DNA of 64,000 nt from an uncultured Chloroflexia bacterium (GTDB lineage Bacteria; Chloroflexota; Limnocylindria; Limnocylindrales; CSP1-4): the NCBI GenBank assembly GCA_963734535.1, contig CAVTHS010000004.1:32001-96000 (forward strand), in the 5' to 3' direction. Shown here piece by piece: positions 1 to 10,388 of the stretch. A program made the translations under genes and the position numbers. How positions within the stretch are numbered: the stretch's first letter is position 1; every line of letters begins with the position of its first letter. Under the pieces are notes generated by a model. It was given only the letters and a program-made list of their open reading frames with translations. It was not told the DNA's origin and searched no databases.

Positions 1-415
1 CGTCAGCAGGGGCATGCTCGCCGACCTGGAGCTCGACGGGGTGACGTACCACCTGGCGCCGGAAACCCTGTCGAGCGCCGCGCCAGCCCCACGCGTGTAC
101 CTCCTTCCGGGGTTCGATGAGTACCTGCTTGGGTACCAGGATCGGAGCGCGGCCCTCGCCCCGGAGCACGGCGCCGCGGTCGTCCCGGGCAGCAACGGGA
201 TGTTCATGCCCACCATCGTGGCCGCTGGCGAGGTCGTGGGAACCTGGAAGCGCACGGTCAGGGCGCGCGAGATCCTGGTCGAACCGCTGCCCTTTGGGCC
301 ACTGTCCGCTTGGGTCCGGGAGGGGCTCGTCGAGGCGGCCCGCGAATACGGCGCCTTCCTGGGCCGGCCGTCCCGGCTCGGCGAGCCTCGCCCCGTGAGC
401 CCTCCTCCCGGGTGA
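1..415 (+). CDS. Winged-helix (HTH_42)/AlkZ-like DNA glycosylase family protein, C-terminal part (5' end outside window)
   Basis: Motifs LLPGFDEYLLGY and GMFMPTIV..GEVVGTWKR are typical of the family C-terminus; the frame is open from the window edge. Confidence 0.75.
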   Translation, partial: VSRGMLADLELDGVTYHLAPETLSSAAPAPRVYLLPGFDEYLLGYQDRSAALAPEHGAAVVPGSNGMFMPTIVAAGEVVGTWKRTVRAREILVEPLPFGPLSAWVREGLVEAAREYGAFLGRPSRLGEPRPVSPPPG

Positions 416-452
416 CGCCGCGGGGCGCGATCGATGCCGGCCAGCTGGCCTG

Positions 453-1088
453 TCAGAACCCGATTCGCTCCAGGATCGGGGCCATCCGGCGCGCCGCGCG
501 GGCGCGGTGCGAGACGGCCTGCTTGCGTTCGGGCGGCCACTCCCCCACCGTGGCGCCACCAGCTCGCTCCGAGGCGGGCTCGAAGATCGGGTCGTACCCG
601 AATCCGTTCGAGCCGCGGGGCGCGAGGGCGATCCGGCCCGAGAACGTGCCGCGAGCGCACACCACCGGGAGGCCGCCCCGGGGGCCCGCTCGCGCTGGAA
701 GCGCCAGGGCCAGGACGCACCGGTAGCGCGCGCCGCGCCGCGCCACCGGCACGGCGGCGAGCGCCGCGAGGAGCTTCGCGTTGTTCTGCTCGTCGGTCGC
801 GTCCTCGCCGGCGTAGCGGCGCGTCCGAACGCCGGGGCCGCCACCGAGGGCGTCCACCTCCAGGCCGGAGTCGTCGGCCAGCGTCGGCAGGCCGGAGCGC
901 CGCGCATAGAAGCGTGCCTTGAGCGCCGCGTTTGCCGCGAAGGTGGCGCCCGTCTCTTCGGCATCGTCGGCGATCCCCACGTCGTCGAGCGAGACGAGGG
1001 TGGCGCGGGCCGGCCGGAGGAGGTCGCGCAGCTCTCCCAGCTTGTGGCGGGAGCGGGTCGCGACGAGGATTCGCTGCGCGGTCGTCAC
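453..1088 (-). CDS. rdgB: RdgB/HAM1 non-canonical purine NTP pyrophosphatase
   Basis: [39 protein letters not shown] and terminal SHR motifs; directly downstream of rph. Confidence 0.95.
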   Translation of the reverse strand: MTTAQRILVATRSRHKLGELRDLLRPARATLVSLDDVGIADDAEETGATFAANAALKARFYARRSGLPTLADDSGLEVDALGGGPGVRTRRYAGEDATDEQNNAKLLAALAAVPVARRGARYRCVLALALPARAGPRGGLPVVCARGTFSGRIALAPRGSNGFGYDPIFEPASERAGGATVGEWPPERKQAVSHRARAARRMAPILERIGF

Positions 1089-1822
1089 CGTTTCACGGTG
1101 GCGATCGCGGCGGCCTGCGCCTCGAACAGTCTCCCGAGCCCGAGGTGCGCGAGGTCGAGCAGGCCGTCGAGCTCCTCGCGGGAGAACGCGCGGCCCTCGG
1201 CCGTGCCCTGGAGCTCGACATAGCGGCCGGCGTCCGTCCCGACCACGTTGAAATCCACCTGTGCGACGTGGTCCTCCGCGTAATCGAGATCGAGCACGTT
1301 CGCCCCGTTCACCATGCCCACGCTGACGGCCGCCACCTTCCCGATCAGCAGGCGCTCCATCCCGAACGTGATGAGCGCCGCCGCCAGCGCCACGTACCCG
1401 CCGGTGATGCTGGCCGTGCGGGTGCCCCCGTCGGCCTGGAGGACGTCGCAGTCAACCGTGACCGTCCGCTCGCCGAGTCGCGAGAGGTCAACGACCCCGC
1501 GCAGGGACCGCCCGACCAGGCGCTGGATCTCGTGGGTGCGTCCGCCGACGCGCCCGGCCGTCGACTCGCGCTGAGTCCGCTCGGCGGTCGCGCGGGGCAG
1601 CATCGCGTATTCCGCGGTGACCCAGCCGGTGCCCTTCCCCCGGAGATGGGGCGGCACGCGGTCCTCGATCGTGGCGGCGCAGAGGACCTCCGTGTCGCCG
1701 ACGCGGATGCGACAGGACCCCTCGGCCCACTTCTGGAGCCCTAGCGTGAGGCTGACCGCGCGCAGCTCGTCGGGCCGTCGCCCGGAGGGGCGCACGACCG
1801 GCGCGCGGTTCCCGATCGTCAT
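1085..1822 (-). CDS. rph: Ribonuclease PH
   Basis: [48 protein letters not shown]. Confidence 0.97.
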   Translation of the reverse strand: MTIGNRAPVVRPSGRRPDELRAVSLTLGLQKWAEGSCRIRVGDTEVLCAATIEDRVPPHLRGKGTGWVTAEYAMLPRATAERTQRESTAGRVGGRTHEIQRLVGRSLRGVVDLSRLGERTVTVDCDVLQADGGTRTASITGGYVALAAALITFGMERLLIGKVAAVSVGMVNGANVLDLDYAEDHVAQVDFNVVGTDAGRYVELQGTAEGRAFSREELDGLLDLAHLGLGRLFEAQAAAIATVKR

Positions 1823-3006
1823 GATCCCGTCTCCTCGCCGACGATAGCCGGCTCACCATGTTCGGCCAGCTCCGCCTTGGCCTGGTCCCACAGCACGTCG
1901 AGCTCCGGGAACGAGAGGTCCCGCAACGCCACGCCGCGCGCCGCCGCCAGGCGTTCCACGATGCCGAAGCGTCGCCGGAACTTGCCGTTCGCGCCACGCA
2001 GCGCGGCCTCCGCGTCGACGCCATGATGCCGCGCCAGGTTCACGAGCACCATCAGGAGGTCGCCGACCTCCTCGGCGCGCTCCGCGGCGGTCCGGGCCTC
2101 GGCGAGCTCGGCGAGCTCCTCGTCCACCTTGGCGAGGACGCCCACGATGCTGGGCCAGTCGTAGCCGATGTGGGCCGCCCGTTCCTGCATCTCCTGGCTC
2201 GCGGCCAGCGCGGGCAGGGACCGGCTGATTCCCTCGAGCGCACTCTTCGGGGCCGGCGACCCGTCGCCCGCCGAGGCCTCGGCGGCCCGCTCCGCCTGCT
2301 TGATCCGCTCCCACTGCCGGTTCACGTCGGTCGCGGTCCGCGCCTCCGCATCCCCGAACACGTGCGGGTGGCGCCGGACGATCTTGCTCGCGATCGCTGC
2401 CTGGACGTCGGCGAGGTCGAAGACACCCGCCTCCGCGGCAAGCTGCGCATGGAGCACCACCTGGAGCCAGAGGTCGCCCAGCTCTCCCGCCAGCGCCGGC
2501 GTGGCCCCGTCCGCGAGCGCGTCGTAGACCTCGTACGCCTCCTCGAGCAGGTGGTTGCGGAGCGACTCGTGGGTCTGCTCCCGGTCCCACGGGCAGCCGT
2601 CCGTGGCCCGCAGCCGGTTGGAGATCCAGGGCATCCCCCAGGGCGACGCGAACGCGGCCTCCGGTGCGAGCGGGGCCAGGTAGAGGGGACCGGCCAGGTC
2701 GAGCGCGGTCAGGGCGCCGACAGTCGTCGCGTCCGGCGATCCGAAGCGGCCCACGGCGTGGTCCGGCGGGTAGAGCCGACGGATGACCGCGATCGGGTCC
2801 TGGGCACCGTGCCCATGTCGCCCGGGCAGGGCCGTTGGAAGCGTGGCCGGTGCCGCGGCGCGGAGCACGGCCAGCGGCACGATCATGACCGGCCGCGTGG
2901 GCTCGAGCGGGAGTTCCACCAGCCGCTCGGCCGGGAGCAGCGCGACGCCGTCAGCCGGGTCCAACGCCCAGCGCATGCGCGCCTCGGCGAGAAGCGCGTC
3001 CAGCAT
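1819..3006 (-). CDS. mazG: MazG nucleoside triphosphate pyrophosphohydrolase (YabN-like, with divergent N-terminal region)
   Basis: [32 protein letters not shown] and second-domain EEVGDLL; ATGA overlap with rph. Confidence 0.93.
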   Translation of the reverse strand: MLDALLAEARMRWALDPADGVALLPAERLVELPLEPTRPVMIVPLAVLRAAAPATLPTALPGRHGHGAQDPIAVIRRLYPPDHAVGRFGSPDATTVGALTALDLAGPLYLAPLAPEAAFASPWGMPWISNRLRATDGCPWDREQTHESLRNHLLEEAYEVYDALADGATPALAGELGDLWLQVVLHAQLAAEAGVFDLADVQAAIASKIVRRHPHVFGDAEARTATDVNRQWERIKQAERAAEASAGDGSPAPKSALEGISRSLPALAASQEMQERAAHIGYDWPSIVGVLAKVDEELAELAEARTAAERAEEVGDLLMVLVNLARHHGVDAEAALRGANGKFRRRFGIVERLAAARGVALRDLSFPELDVLWDQAKAELAEHGEPAIVGEETGS

Positions 3007-3016
3007 CGCCGGGCCG

Positions 3017-4768
3017 TCAGGCTCCCGTCGTGGACGTGCTGACCAGCCGCTCGATCGTGGTCTGCTTCGGATCGGACTTGACGCTCTGGTACCAGTTGTT
3101 GAAGGCGTCGCTCTTCAACGTCTCGGCCTGGGCCGCGTCGGGCAGGCGGCTCTGCACATTCGTGACCTTGAAGATTCGGATGCCGTCGCTCGCGGTGATC
3201 GGCCCGCTGATCCCGCCGGCCGCGAGGGCGTCGATTGCCGATTCCTGCTCGGTCGCCAGCTGGTACTTGGCGACCCAGCCCATTGCACCACCCTTCGTGG
3301 CAGACGGGTCGATCGAGTTGTCCTCGGCAAGCTTCGCGAAGTCGGCGCCCGGCGCCGCAGCCGCGGTTTCGAGCTGGGCGGCCCGCGTCAGCGGGTCAGC
3401 GGCGGAGACGAACTCGATGACGTGCCACCCGAAGGCGGACTTCACCGGCGGGAGAAGCTGGCCGGCGGTGAGTCCCGGGGCGAAGATGGCCGCGGCGAAC
3501 GCCGGGTCGAGCGACGTGGTCGTATCGCTCTTCGAGAAGTACGGCAGGTACCCGTTCGCCGCCCCGGAGCCGGTATCTGCGCTGGTCGCGGCCAGGGACG
3601 CGAACGTGTCGGTGCCTGCCTTCAGCTTCGCGTAGGTGTCGTCCGCCTCCTGCTTGGCCTTCGCCCACGCCGGGTCGTCGGCCTTCACGTTCGCGGCCCC
3701 GTTCGGGTCGTTGTTCGGCGAGTAGAGGATGTGCTTGACGAGCACCGCGTCGGGCGGGACCGTCTGGCCGCTGTTGTTCTCCAGGACGATGACCGAGACC
3801 TCGCGCTGCTCGGACGGAGCCGAGACGACCTCGGCGATCACCTGTGCCTCGACCTTGGTCTTGAGCGCGACGGCGCGGGCCACGCGCTTGTAGGCGTCGA
3901 GGCTGATGCCCGCGTCGCCGATTCGCTTCGTGTAGTCGGGGTCCACCTGCTCGGGAGCGATCTCCGTGAGCCGGCCGATCCGGAACGTCCCGTCGCTGCC
4001 CTTGATCACGTCCGTGTAGCCGGGCGCCGCGAGCGCGTAGATCGCGTCCACGAACGCCTTGTCGGGGGTCGTGCTGCCCTTGTTGATGAAGAGGAGGTCG
4101 CCGTTGTTGGCCGCGGCCGTGGCATCTCCCGACGCCTTCACGACGTCCTCCCAGGTCTTGCCGCCCTTGAGGTCGGCGAGGAGGCCCGCGGCCTTCGTCT
4201 GCGCCGCCGCAACCTGCGCATCCGTCGCGGCCTTCGCGCCAGGGCTCACGACCGGGGCGATCGCGATCTGGAACACGTGGCGGCTCTCCAGGGTCGTGGC
4301 ATCGGTCGTGATCTGGGCCTGCACGTCAGCGTCGGTCACGGTGACACCGCGCTTGGCGGCCAGCTGGAGGAGGAGCTCCGTGTCGATCTCGTCCTCGAGG
4401 GCGACGGTCGCGACCTGCTGCTTCTGCTGCGCGATGTACTGGATCACCTGCTGGCCCTGCGCCGCCGACTCGTGGCCCGCCTGCACCGCCTCGCGGGTTC
4501 GCGACTCCGCATCGTCGAGCCGGAACGACTCGATCTTGACCCGCTCGCGGAGCTGGTCCTTGGTGATGGAGGCCCCGTTCACCCGCGCGACCGGCGCGAG
4601 GTGGTCGCCGATCCAGCTGGCCGCCCCGGCTCCGACGAGAAGGACGACGGCGACGACCACGATCAGGCCGAAGCCGATGTTCATGTACAGGTTCCGTCGT
4701 CCGTCGTCGGCGTGGCTGCCGCGGCGGCGGGTCGTCGGCTTCGTGGTGGGGCGAGCGCGGAATGTCAT
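3017..4768 (-). CDS. Membrane-anchored parvulin-type peptidylprolyl isomerase (PrsA/SurA-like foldase)
   Basis: Start MTFRARP at 4768; N-terminal TM helix, SurA-N-like VARVNG..IT, rotamase motifs HIL, PVKSAFGWHVI, FAKLAEDNSID..GGAMGW. Confidence 0.85.
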   Translation of the reverse strand: MTFRARPTTKPTTRRRGSHADDGRRNLYMNIGFGLIVVVAVVLLVGAGAASWIGDHLAPVARVNGASITKDQLRERVKIESFRLDDAESRTREAVQAGHESAAQGQQVIQYIAQQKQQVATVALEDEIDTELLLQLAAKRGVTVTDADVQAQITTDATTLESRHVFQIAIAPVVSPGAKAATDAQVAAAQTKAAGLLADLKGGKTWEDVVKASGDATAAANNGDLLFINKGSTTPDKAFVDAIYALAAPGYTDVIKGSDGTFRIGRLTEIAPEQVDPDYTKRIGDAGISLDAYKRVARAVALKTKVEAQVIAEVVSAPSEQREVSVIVLENNSGQTVPPDAVLVKHILYSPNNDPNGAANVKADDPAWAKAKQEADDTYAKLKAGTDTFASLAATSADTGSGAANGYLPYFSKSDTTTSLDPAFAAAIFAPGLTAGQLLPPVKSAFGWHVIEFVSAADPLTRAAQLETAAAAPGADFAKLAEDNSIDPSATKGGAMGWVAKYQLATEQESAIDALAAGGISGPITASDGIRIFKVTNVQSRLPDAAQAETLKSDAFNNWYQSVKSDPKQTTIERLVSTSTTGA

Positions 4769-4910
4769 TGGTGGTGGATGCTCTCTGGTTGGGCGCGCAA
4801 CGAGCGGCCGCGCGCGGCGATGGGGTCGGCGGCATCGTACCGCACCGGACGGGAGGAGCAGGCCGGCGCGGCCCGGTGGGCGCGGCGGCCGCCTGGCGGA
4901 GGGTTGCTCG

Positions 4911-5747
4911 TCAGGCGGGAGCGTCCGGCCTGCGGAACAGGAGGAGCTTGCCGGACGGCGCAACCCCGGTGGGCATGACCATGCGATCGACCACTGACAG
5001 GACGCGGCCCACGAGTCGCGCCCGGCGTGGACCCTTCCGGGCCTGGCGAACGGCCGTGCGCCACGACCAGACGAAGCGCCCGATGTGCGGGAGCCCGTGC
5101 TCGATCGGGTTGTTGGCAACCGTGGTGCTCGCCGACGCGACCACGAGCTCGAGCCCGGCCGCCTCGAGCACCTCGCGGTAACGGGCGAGCGGGCGCGCCG
5201 TCGAGCTTGCCCCGGCCCGCAGCGGGCGGACGGACGCCTCCAGCAGCAGGGCCGGCTCGACGAGCAGGAGATGGCCCCCTGGGCGAACCGCCGTCGCGAC
5301 GTGACCGGCGGCAACGGCGAACCGGTCCTCGTCGATGATGTGCAGGAGGACGTTGAAGACAGTGACGAGGTCGTAGGAGCCGTCGGCCGGGATCACGCCC
5401 TCGTCGACGATGTCCCCCGCCGTGAACGTCGCGGCCGGAAACCGCTCCCGGAGGCGGGCGACGGCCTCCTCGGCGAGGTCGCAGCCGTCGACCCGCTCGG
5501 CGCCGAGGTGGTACCAGAACGGGGTCCAGTAGCCCGTGCCCACGCCGACCTCGAAGACCCGGGCCGGTGGCGGGGACAGGAGCCGATGCCGGCGCAGGAA
5601 GGCGCGGAGATTCCGTTCCAGCACCCGGTAGAGCCACACGTTGAGGTCGATCGGGAGGCCGGACTGGCCCACGGACCGGAGGCTCCCCTCGCGGTGGAGC
5701 TGCGTCCAGTACGCGCGGGGGTCGTACGCCGGCGGGGCATCCTGCAT
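4911..5747 (-). CDS. Class I SAM-dependent methyltransferase
   Basis: VFEVGVGTG motif I and YDLV..FNVLLH. Start placed at ATG 5747 because the ATG at 5759 lies inside a TATGCT -10 box. Confidence 0.85.
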   Translation of the reverse strand: MQDAPPAYDPRAYWTQLHREGSLRSVGQSGLPIDLNVWLYRVLERNLRAFLRRHRLLSPPPARVFEVGVGTGYWTPFWYHLGAERVDGCDLAEEAVARLRERFPAATFTAGDIVDEGVIPADGSYDLVTVFNVLLHIIDEDRFAVAAGHVATAVRPGGHLLLVEPALLLEASVRPLRAGASSTARPLARYREVLEAAGLELVVASASTTVANNPIEHGLPHIGRFVWSWRTAVRQARKGPRRARLVGRVLSVVDRMVMPTGVAPSGKLLLFRRPDAPA

Positions 5748-5804
5748 CGCCGCGAGCATAGCGGCTCGGGGGCCCGCCTGGACCGCGGTCTGTCTCGGCG
5801 CCGG

Positions 5805-7383
5805 TCACGAGGCCGGGGGAAAGCCGAGCCAGGTCAGCACGTTGCGGTTGAAGCGATCGAAGCTCGCGGCGGTCACACCGAGATCGACCCGCGCGGGATC
5901 GAACCCATCCGCCCAGGCGAAGGTGCCCGCGCTGAAGACCCGAGCGCCGGCGGGCGAGGTCCGGATTGTCACGCTCGTCGCGAGGGGTGTTCCGTTCGAG
6001 GTCGCGGCCTGGCCGTCCATGATCGCGATCCCGCCCGAGCCTGGATAGACGAGATCGCCCTCGCCCTGCAGCAGGCCCCGAATCACCGTGCCGGGTTGCC
6101 AGCCCGTTCCCGCCATGAGCTCGGGCGGGACCTTGTCCGTGACCGTGAAGTCAAAGCGCGTGAAGCCATTGCCCAGGACTGCCACGTACTGCGCCCCGAA
6201 GACCATGCCCTCGGGTCGATTCAGCGGGGACTCTCGCCAGCGGGTCGTGGCGAGCGTGAGATCGACGGCGGCATACGGATCCCCGGCCGCGCTCCGGTAG
6301 CAGACGATGTCCATCGGTGCGCCCGCGGTCCGCGGCTGGGCCAGGCGGACCTGCCAGTAGAAGCCGTTCGATCCGAAGTCGAGAATGTTCATGTCGCCGG
6401 CCGTGTTGACATGCTGCTCCACCCAGTCCCGCAGCGAAGCAGTCACGTACTCGGCGTGGCGCGGGAGGACCAGGAGGCGCGGCGCCACTGCCGGGGGATG
6501 CAGCGCCAGGTCGTAGTCGGTCGTGTACTGGAGCGCCGAGCCCGCGCAGCTGGAGCCAGCGAAGGATGCGGCCATCGCCACGCCCCCAGAAGCCCATGCC
6601 ACCTTCGAGCGCGTACGGCCGCTCGAAGCTGACGCGGACCGCACGCGGCCCGGCGTAGGCGTACAGGTTCGCGCCTCCCCACAGGTTGTACGCCTGGTAG
6701 GTCAGGGCCGTGAAGACGAACGTGGGCGCCCCCGCGGCGAGCACCGGTGTCCGGACCACGAAGATCGCCTGGCCTCTCGTCCCCCTCGTGTCGTCCGCGG
6801 TAACGACGTAGACCCCGGGCTCCCAGCCGGCCGTCTCGATGGTGTCCGTCACCGGCCAGTTCGCTCGTGCCGTCCGATCCAGGGCGTCGAACGTGCCCAG
6901 CGATCGATAGTCGTGGCCGACCCGGACGGTGGAGCGGGCGACGACCTGGCGCCCGGAGCGTGCGGTCGCGTCCAGGCGCTCGATGGCGTACGTGTACTGG
7001 GCGGCCACGGTGGAGACGTGGAGCATGAGCTGCTGCCCCGGCGTGATCGAGACGGCGCCCGCGTACACCTCGACCCCGGCGGTAAGCGAGATCGGGACGC
7101 GTCCGTCGATGCCTTCGAGCGTGTCGATCCCGGCGGCGCCCGGCGAGGTGGACGATGCCGCACCCACGGACGCGCCGGGAGTGGGGGCGGGAGGAGCCGG
7201 GCTGGGCGCCAGGTGCCCGACGGGCGGGGTCCCCGGCGAGGCGATCCCCGGCGGGGTGCTCGCCGCCGACGTGGGACGAGGTACGGCACCGCCGGGTGAC
7301 CCCCCGTCGACCACGAGGGCGAGGACGAGCGCGGCAGCCGCGAGCGCGACCACGGCCCCCAGCCTTCGCCGCATCGTGCGCAT
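5805..7383 (-). CDS. Secreted/membrane-anchored N,N-dimethylformamidase beta-subunit-like domain protein (one apparent frameshift near 6540)
   Basis: GAGGAGG RBS before ATG 7383; N-terminal hydrophobic helix; P/S/T linker; TYQAYNLWGGANLY..VSFERPY in one frame, continuing as HAEY..GSNGFYWQVR..GARVFSAGT in another. Confidence 0.7.
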
Positions 7384-7608
7384 CGACCTCCTCGGTGATC
7401 GTCGTGGGGCGTCGCCGGCCGCGCCGGACGAAACCGGCGTCGGGACACGTGTTCCGGATCCGGCGATGGTCGTTGGGCAGGGCCGATCATACCCGGGCGC
7501 CCGGCGGCGGTCCTCCGGTACGCCCGGGACGCGGAGGCGCGTGGCCTGCTCGACGCAGCGGCCCGATCCGGCGGCCAGCTGCGGAGTGGCGCTCGTATAC
7601 TCCGCGGA

Positions 7609-9192
7609 ATGCCAGGTGCGCGCGACCGCCGTGCTCTCGTTGCCCTGCTGGCGGCAGTCTTCATTGCCTCGGTCGCGGTCGCCGCCGCCGCAATTCGCCC
7701 CTGGATCGCAGCGCCGCTGGCGTTCGACACGGCGGCCTCGGTCCTCCACTTCGATCGGATCGTGTCCGGGCACCACCTCGAACAGGCCCTCTCGACGACC
7801 CCGAAACCACTCCTCACGATCGTGTACGGGCTCGTCTACTCGGCGACCGGCGACTGGCGCGCGATCTCCGTCGTAGCGCTCGGCGCCTGGGGCCTGTGCG
7901 TCACGGGTGGCGCGCTGCTCGCGTGGCGGCTCGGCGGCGCGGTCGCCGCCGCGTTCGCCGGCGTGAGCCTCGTCGTCTCGCCGCGGCTGCTGCTCGAGAC
8001 CTCGTGGGCGCTCGGCAGCGTCTGGGCGCTGCTCCTCTGGATCGTCGCCGGCCTGGCGGTCACGGCCGTGCGGCCCCGATGGGGCATCGCCGGCGCGGCG
8101 CTCGGACTGGCCGCTCTCGCGCGACTCGAGACGTTCCTCGTGATCGGGCTCGCGCTCGCGGTCCTGGCGGCGATGCGGTTCGGTCCCCCCGGATGGAGGC
8201 GGCCAGTGCCCGCCGGGGCATGGCGAATCGCCGTCGGGCTCCTGGCCCTGCCGATCATGTGCCTCCACGACATCCTGCTGACGGGCGATCCCTTCTTCTG
8301 GACATCGGTGGCCGCGAGCTACTCCGCGACGGCGGAGAGCGCAGGGCGGCTCCCGAGCCTGGGCGCGGTTGCCCAGGATCTTGCGGACCTGGCAGTGGGG
8401 CAGGCCGCGGTCACCATCCTTGCCGTCGTCGGCGTGGCGGTGCTGGCGGCGCGCGCCCGCTGGGCGATCCTCGTCGGGGTGCTGGCGCTCGGGCCGGGAA
8501 TGGCCGCCTTCCTCCTCCTCCTCGCGGCGCGGCACACGTTCGTGGACCCGAGGTACCTGGTGCCGATCTCCGTGGCCATGATCTTCGCCGCGGCGGTCGG
8601 GCTGAGCGGCATCGTGGTCCCTGATCTCGTCCCGCTCCTCGGCCGCCGGCTGCGAGCCCTCGGCGAGCGGTCCGCGAGGGAGCGACCGACCGCCTACCTC
8701 GCCGCCGTGAGCGTGGTCGTCGCTGCGGTCGCGATCGCGTTCGCACCCGCGATCGGCCCGCTCGATCGGGCCACCCGGGTCACGATCGCGTCGGCCCGCC
8801 ACCTGGCTCGAACCGCGGACCGGTCCGTGCCCCGGATCCGGACGGCGCTGGCCGGCGGGGCGGTGGGTGGAGGGGGCCCCGGCGCGTCGGCGGGCGCTGG
8901 AGGCACGCCATCGGGCCTGATCGTGGTGCCCGTCCCGGTCCGCCCGCGAGTCGCCGTGGAGCTCGATCGATCCCTCGACCAGGTCGGGTCCTACCGGGAC
9001 GCGACGAGCTGGGCAGCGAACGCGCCGAGGCCGGGCCAGCTGATCCTCATCGACGTGGACCCGTCGGCACCGTCCGCGGCGACTGCCGCGTTTCGCCTGT
9101 CGGGGCCCGGGACGGTCGCTGGCGTCCGGCTCGTGCCACTCCTCTCCGACCCGGCTGACGGCGCCTGGCTCCTGCAGGTTGCCGCTCCGTGA
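7609..9192 (+). CDS. Polytopic membrane protein, probable GT-C (ArnT/PMT-like) glycosyltransferase
   Basis: About 11-12 hydrophobic segments, an acidic residue in the first loop (AFDTAAS) and a DPRYLVP motif; GTGA overlap with the following GT87 gene. Confidence 0.5.
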   Translation: MPGARDRRALVALLAAVFIASVAVAAAAIRPWIAAPLAFDTAASVLHFDRIVSGHHLEQALSTTPKPLLTIVYGLVYSATGDWRAISVVALGAWGLCVTGGALLAWRLGGAVAAAFAGVSLVVSPRLLLETSWALGSVWALLLWIVAGLAVTAVRPRWGIAGAALGLAALARLETFLVIGLALAVLAAMRFGPPGWRRPVPAGAWRIAVGLLALPIMCLHDILLTGDPFFWTSVAASYSATAESAGRLPSLGAVAQDLADLAVGQAAVTILAVVGVAVLAARARWAILVGVLALGPGMAAFLLLLAARHTFVDPRYLVPISVAMIFAAAVGLSGIVVPDLVPLLGRRLRALGERSARERPTAYLAAVSVVVAAVAIAFAPAIGPLDRATRVTIASARHLARTADRSVPRIRTALAGGAVGGGGPGASAGAGGTPSGLIVVPVPVRPRVAVELDRSLDQVGSYRDATSWAANAPRPGQLILIDVDPSAPSAATAAFRLSGPGTVAGVRLVPLLSDPADGAWLLQVAAP

Positions 9193-10388
9193 CCGCAGAG
9201 GCCCACCCGGATTCGCTCGGCACGGGGCCACCGAGCGCGGAATCCGGCAGCGCTCGGCTCCCGTTCTCCCCGCCACCGTGGGCCGTGATCCTCGTTCGCA
9301 TCGCCCTGATCCTGGCGATCTTCGGTGAGCTCTACGTGACCGCGACGGTCCAGCTGCCCGGGCTGATGCACCCGACCGACCTCGGCACGGACACCTCCAA
9401 CTACTTCGCCGCGGGCCAGCGGCTGAACGCCGGCCATGACCTGTATGGGCCGCTTCTCCCCACGGATCGGCCGGTGCCCGGGTACCCGAAGCTCTACCCG
9501 GCGCCGATCCTGTCGCCGCCGCTGAGCGCCGTGATGTGGCGCCCGCTCGCCGCGTTCGGCGACGTGTCGATGACGATCTGGTGGGCGGTCGACCTCGCGC
9601 TCGTGGTCATCCTCGCGGTCTGGTTCGCCATGGTGGGCCGCCGGTGGACGCTGGCCGGCCTCGCAGGGATCCTGGCGCTCGGCCTGCCGATCGCATGGGT
9701 GCTCGCGGTTCGCTATCGCTACCCGGGGTACTACTCGCCGGTCTCGATCGCCGCGCTCTCCGGCAACCTGAACGGCTTCATCACCGGCCTGTGCGTCCTG
9801 GCCTGGTGGGCGACGGGCCGGGGCCGCCCCTGGCTGGCCGGGGCGGCGGCGGGGTTGGCGGCCATGCTGAAGCTCGGTCCGTTCGCGCTCGTCTGGTGGC
9901 TCGTGGTGCGCCGGGACTGGCCGGCCGTGAAGGCGTTCGCGGTGACCGTTCTCGCCCTCGGGATCGTGGGCCTCGTCGGGGCGGGCCTCGATGCCAACCT
10001 CGCGTTCGCCCGGCTGACGCTCAGCGCCGGGGTCAGCCCCTCGTCGCTCAGCGTGGCCTGGATCCTCCATACCCGGCTCGGCCTGGACCCGCAACTCGCG
10101 AACCTCGGGACGATGGTGACTACGATCGTGGGCCTCGCGCTCGTGTACGCGACGCGCCGGCAGGCCCGCGTCTCGTTCCTGCTGACGATCCTCGTCGTGA
10201 TCTACTGCTCGCCGGTCGTCCTGGTCGGCAACTTCGCGCTGCTGCTGGCCGCGGTGGCGCCGTGGGTCGTGCCGGATCGGATCGGCACGCCAGGCCGCAT
10301 CGGCGCGGTGGCCGGCCCCGAGCGCGCCCCAGCCGCCAGGGGCGCGGGTCAGCGTTCGCGGATGAGGCGCTCAACGAGCGCGCAGTAG
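9189..10388 (+). CDS. Glycosyltransferase family 87 (DUF2029-like) membrane protein
   Basis: DTSNYFAAGQRLNAGHDLY, SPP, GNLN and LAAMLKLGP motifs; multiple TM helices. Confidence 0.75.
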   Translation: MTAEAHPDSLGTGPPSAESGSARLPFSPPPWAVILVRIALILAIFGELYVTATVQLPGLMHPTDLGTDTSNYFAAGQRLNAGHDLYGPLLPTDRPVPGYPKLYPAPILSPPLSAVMWRPLAAFGDVSMTIWWAVDLALVVILAVWFAMVGRRWTLAGLAGILALGLPIAWVLAVRYRYPGYYSPVSIAALSGNLNGFITGLCVLAWWATGRGRPWLAGAAAGLAAMLKLGPFALVWWLVVRRDWPAVKAFAVTVLALGIVGLVGAGLDANLAFARLTLSAGVSPSSLSVAWILHTRLGLDPQLANLGTMVTTIVGLALVYATRRQARVSFLLTILVVIYCSPVVLVGNFALLLAAVAPWVVPDRIGTPGRIGAVAGPERAPAARGAGQRSRMRRSTSAQ

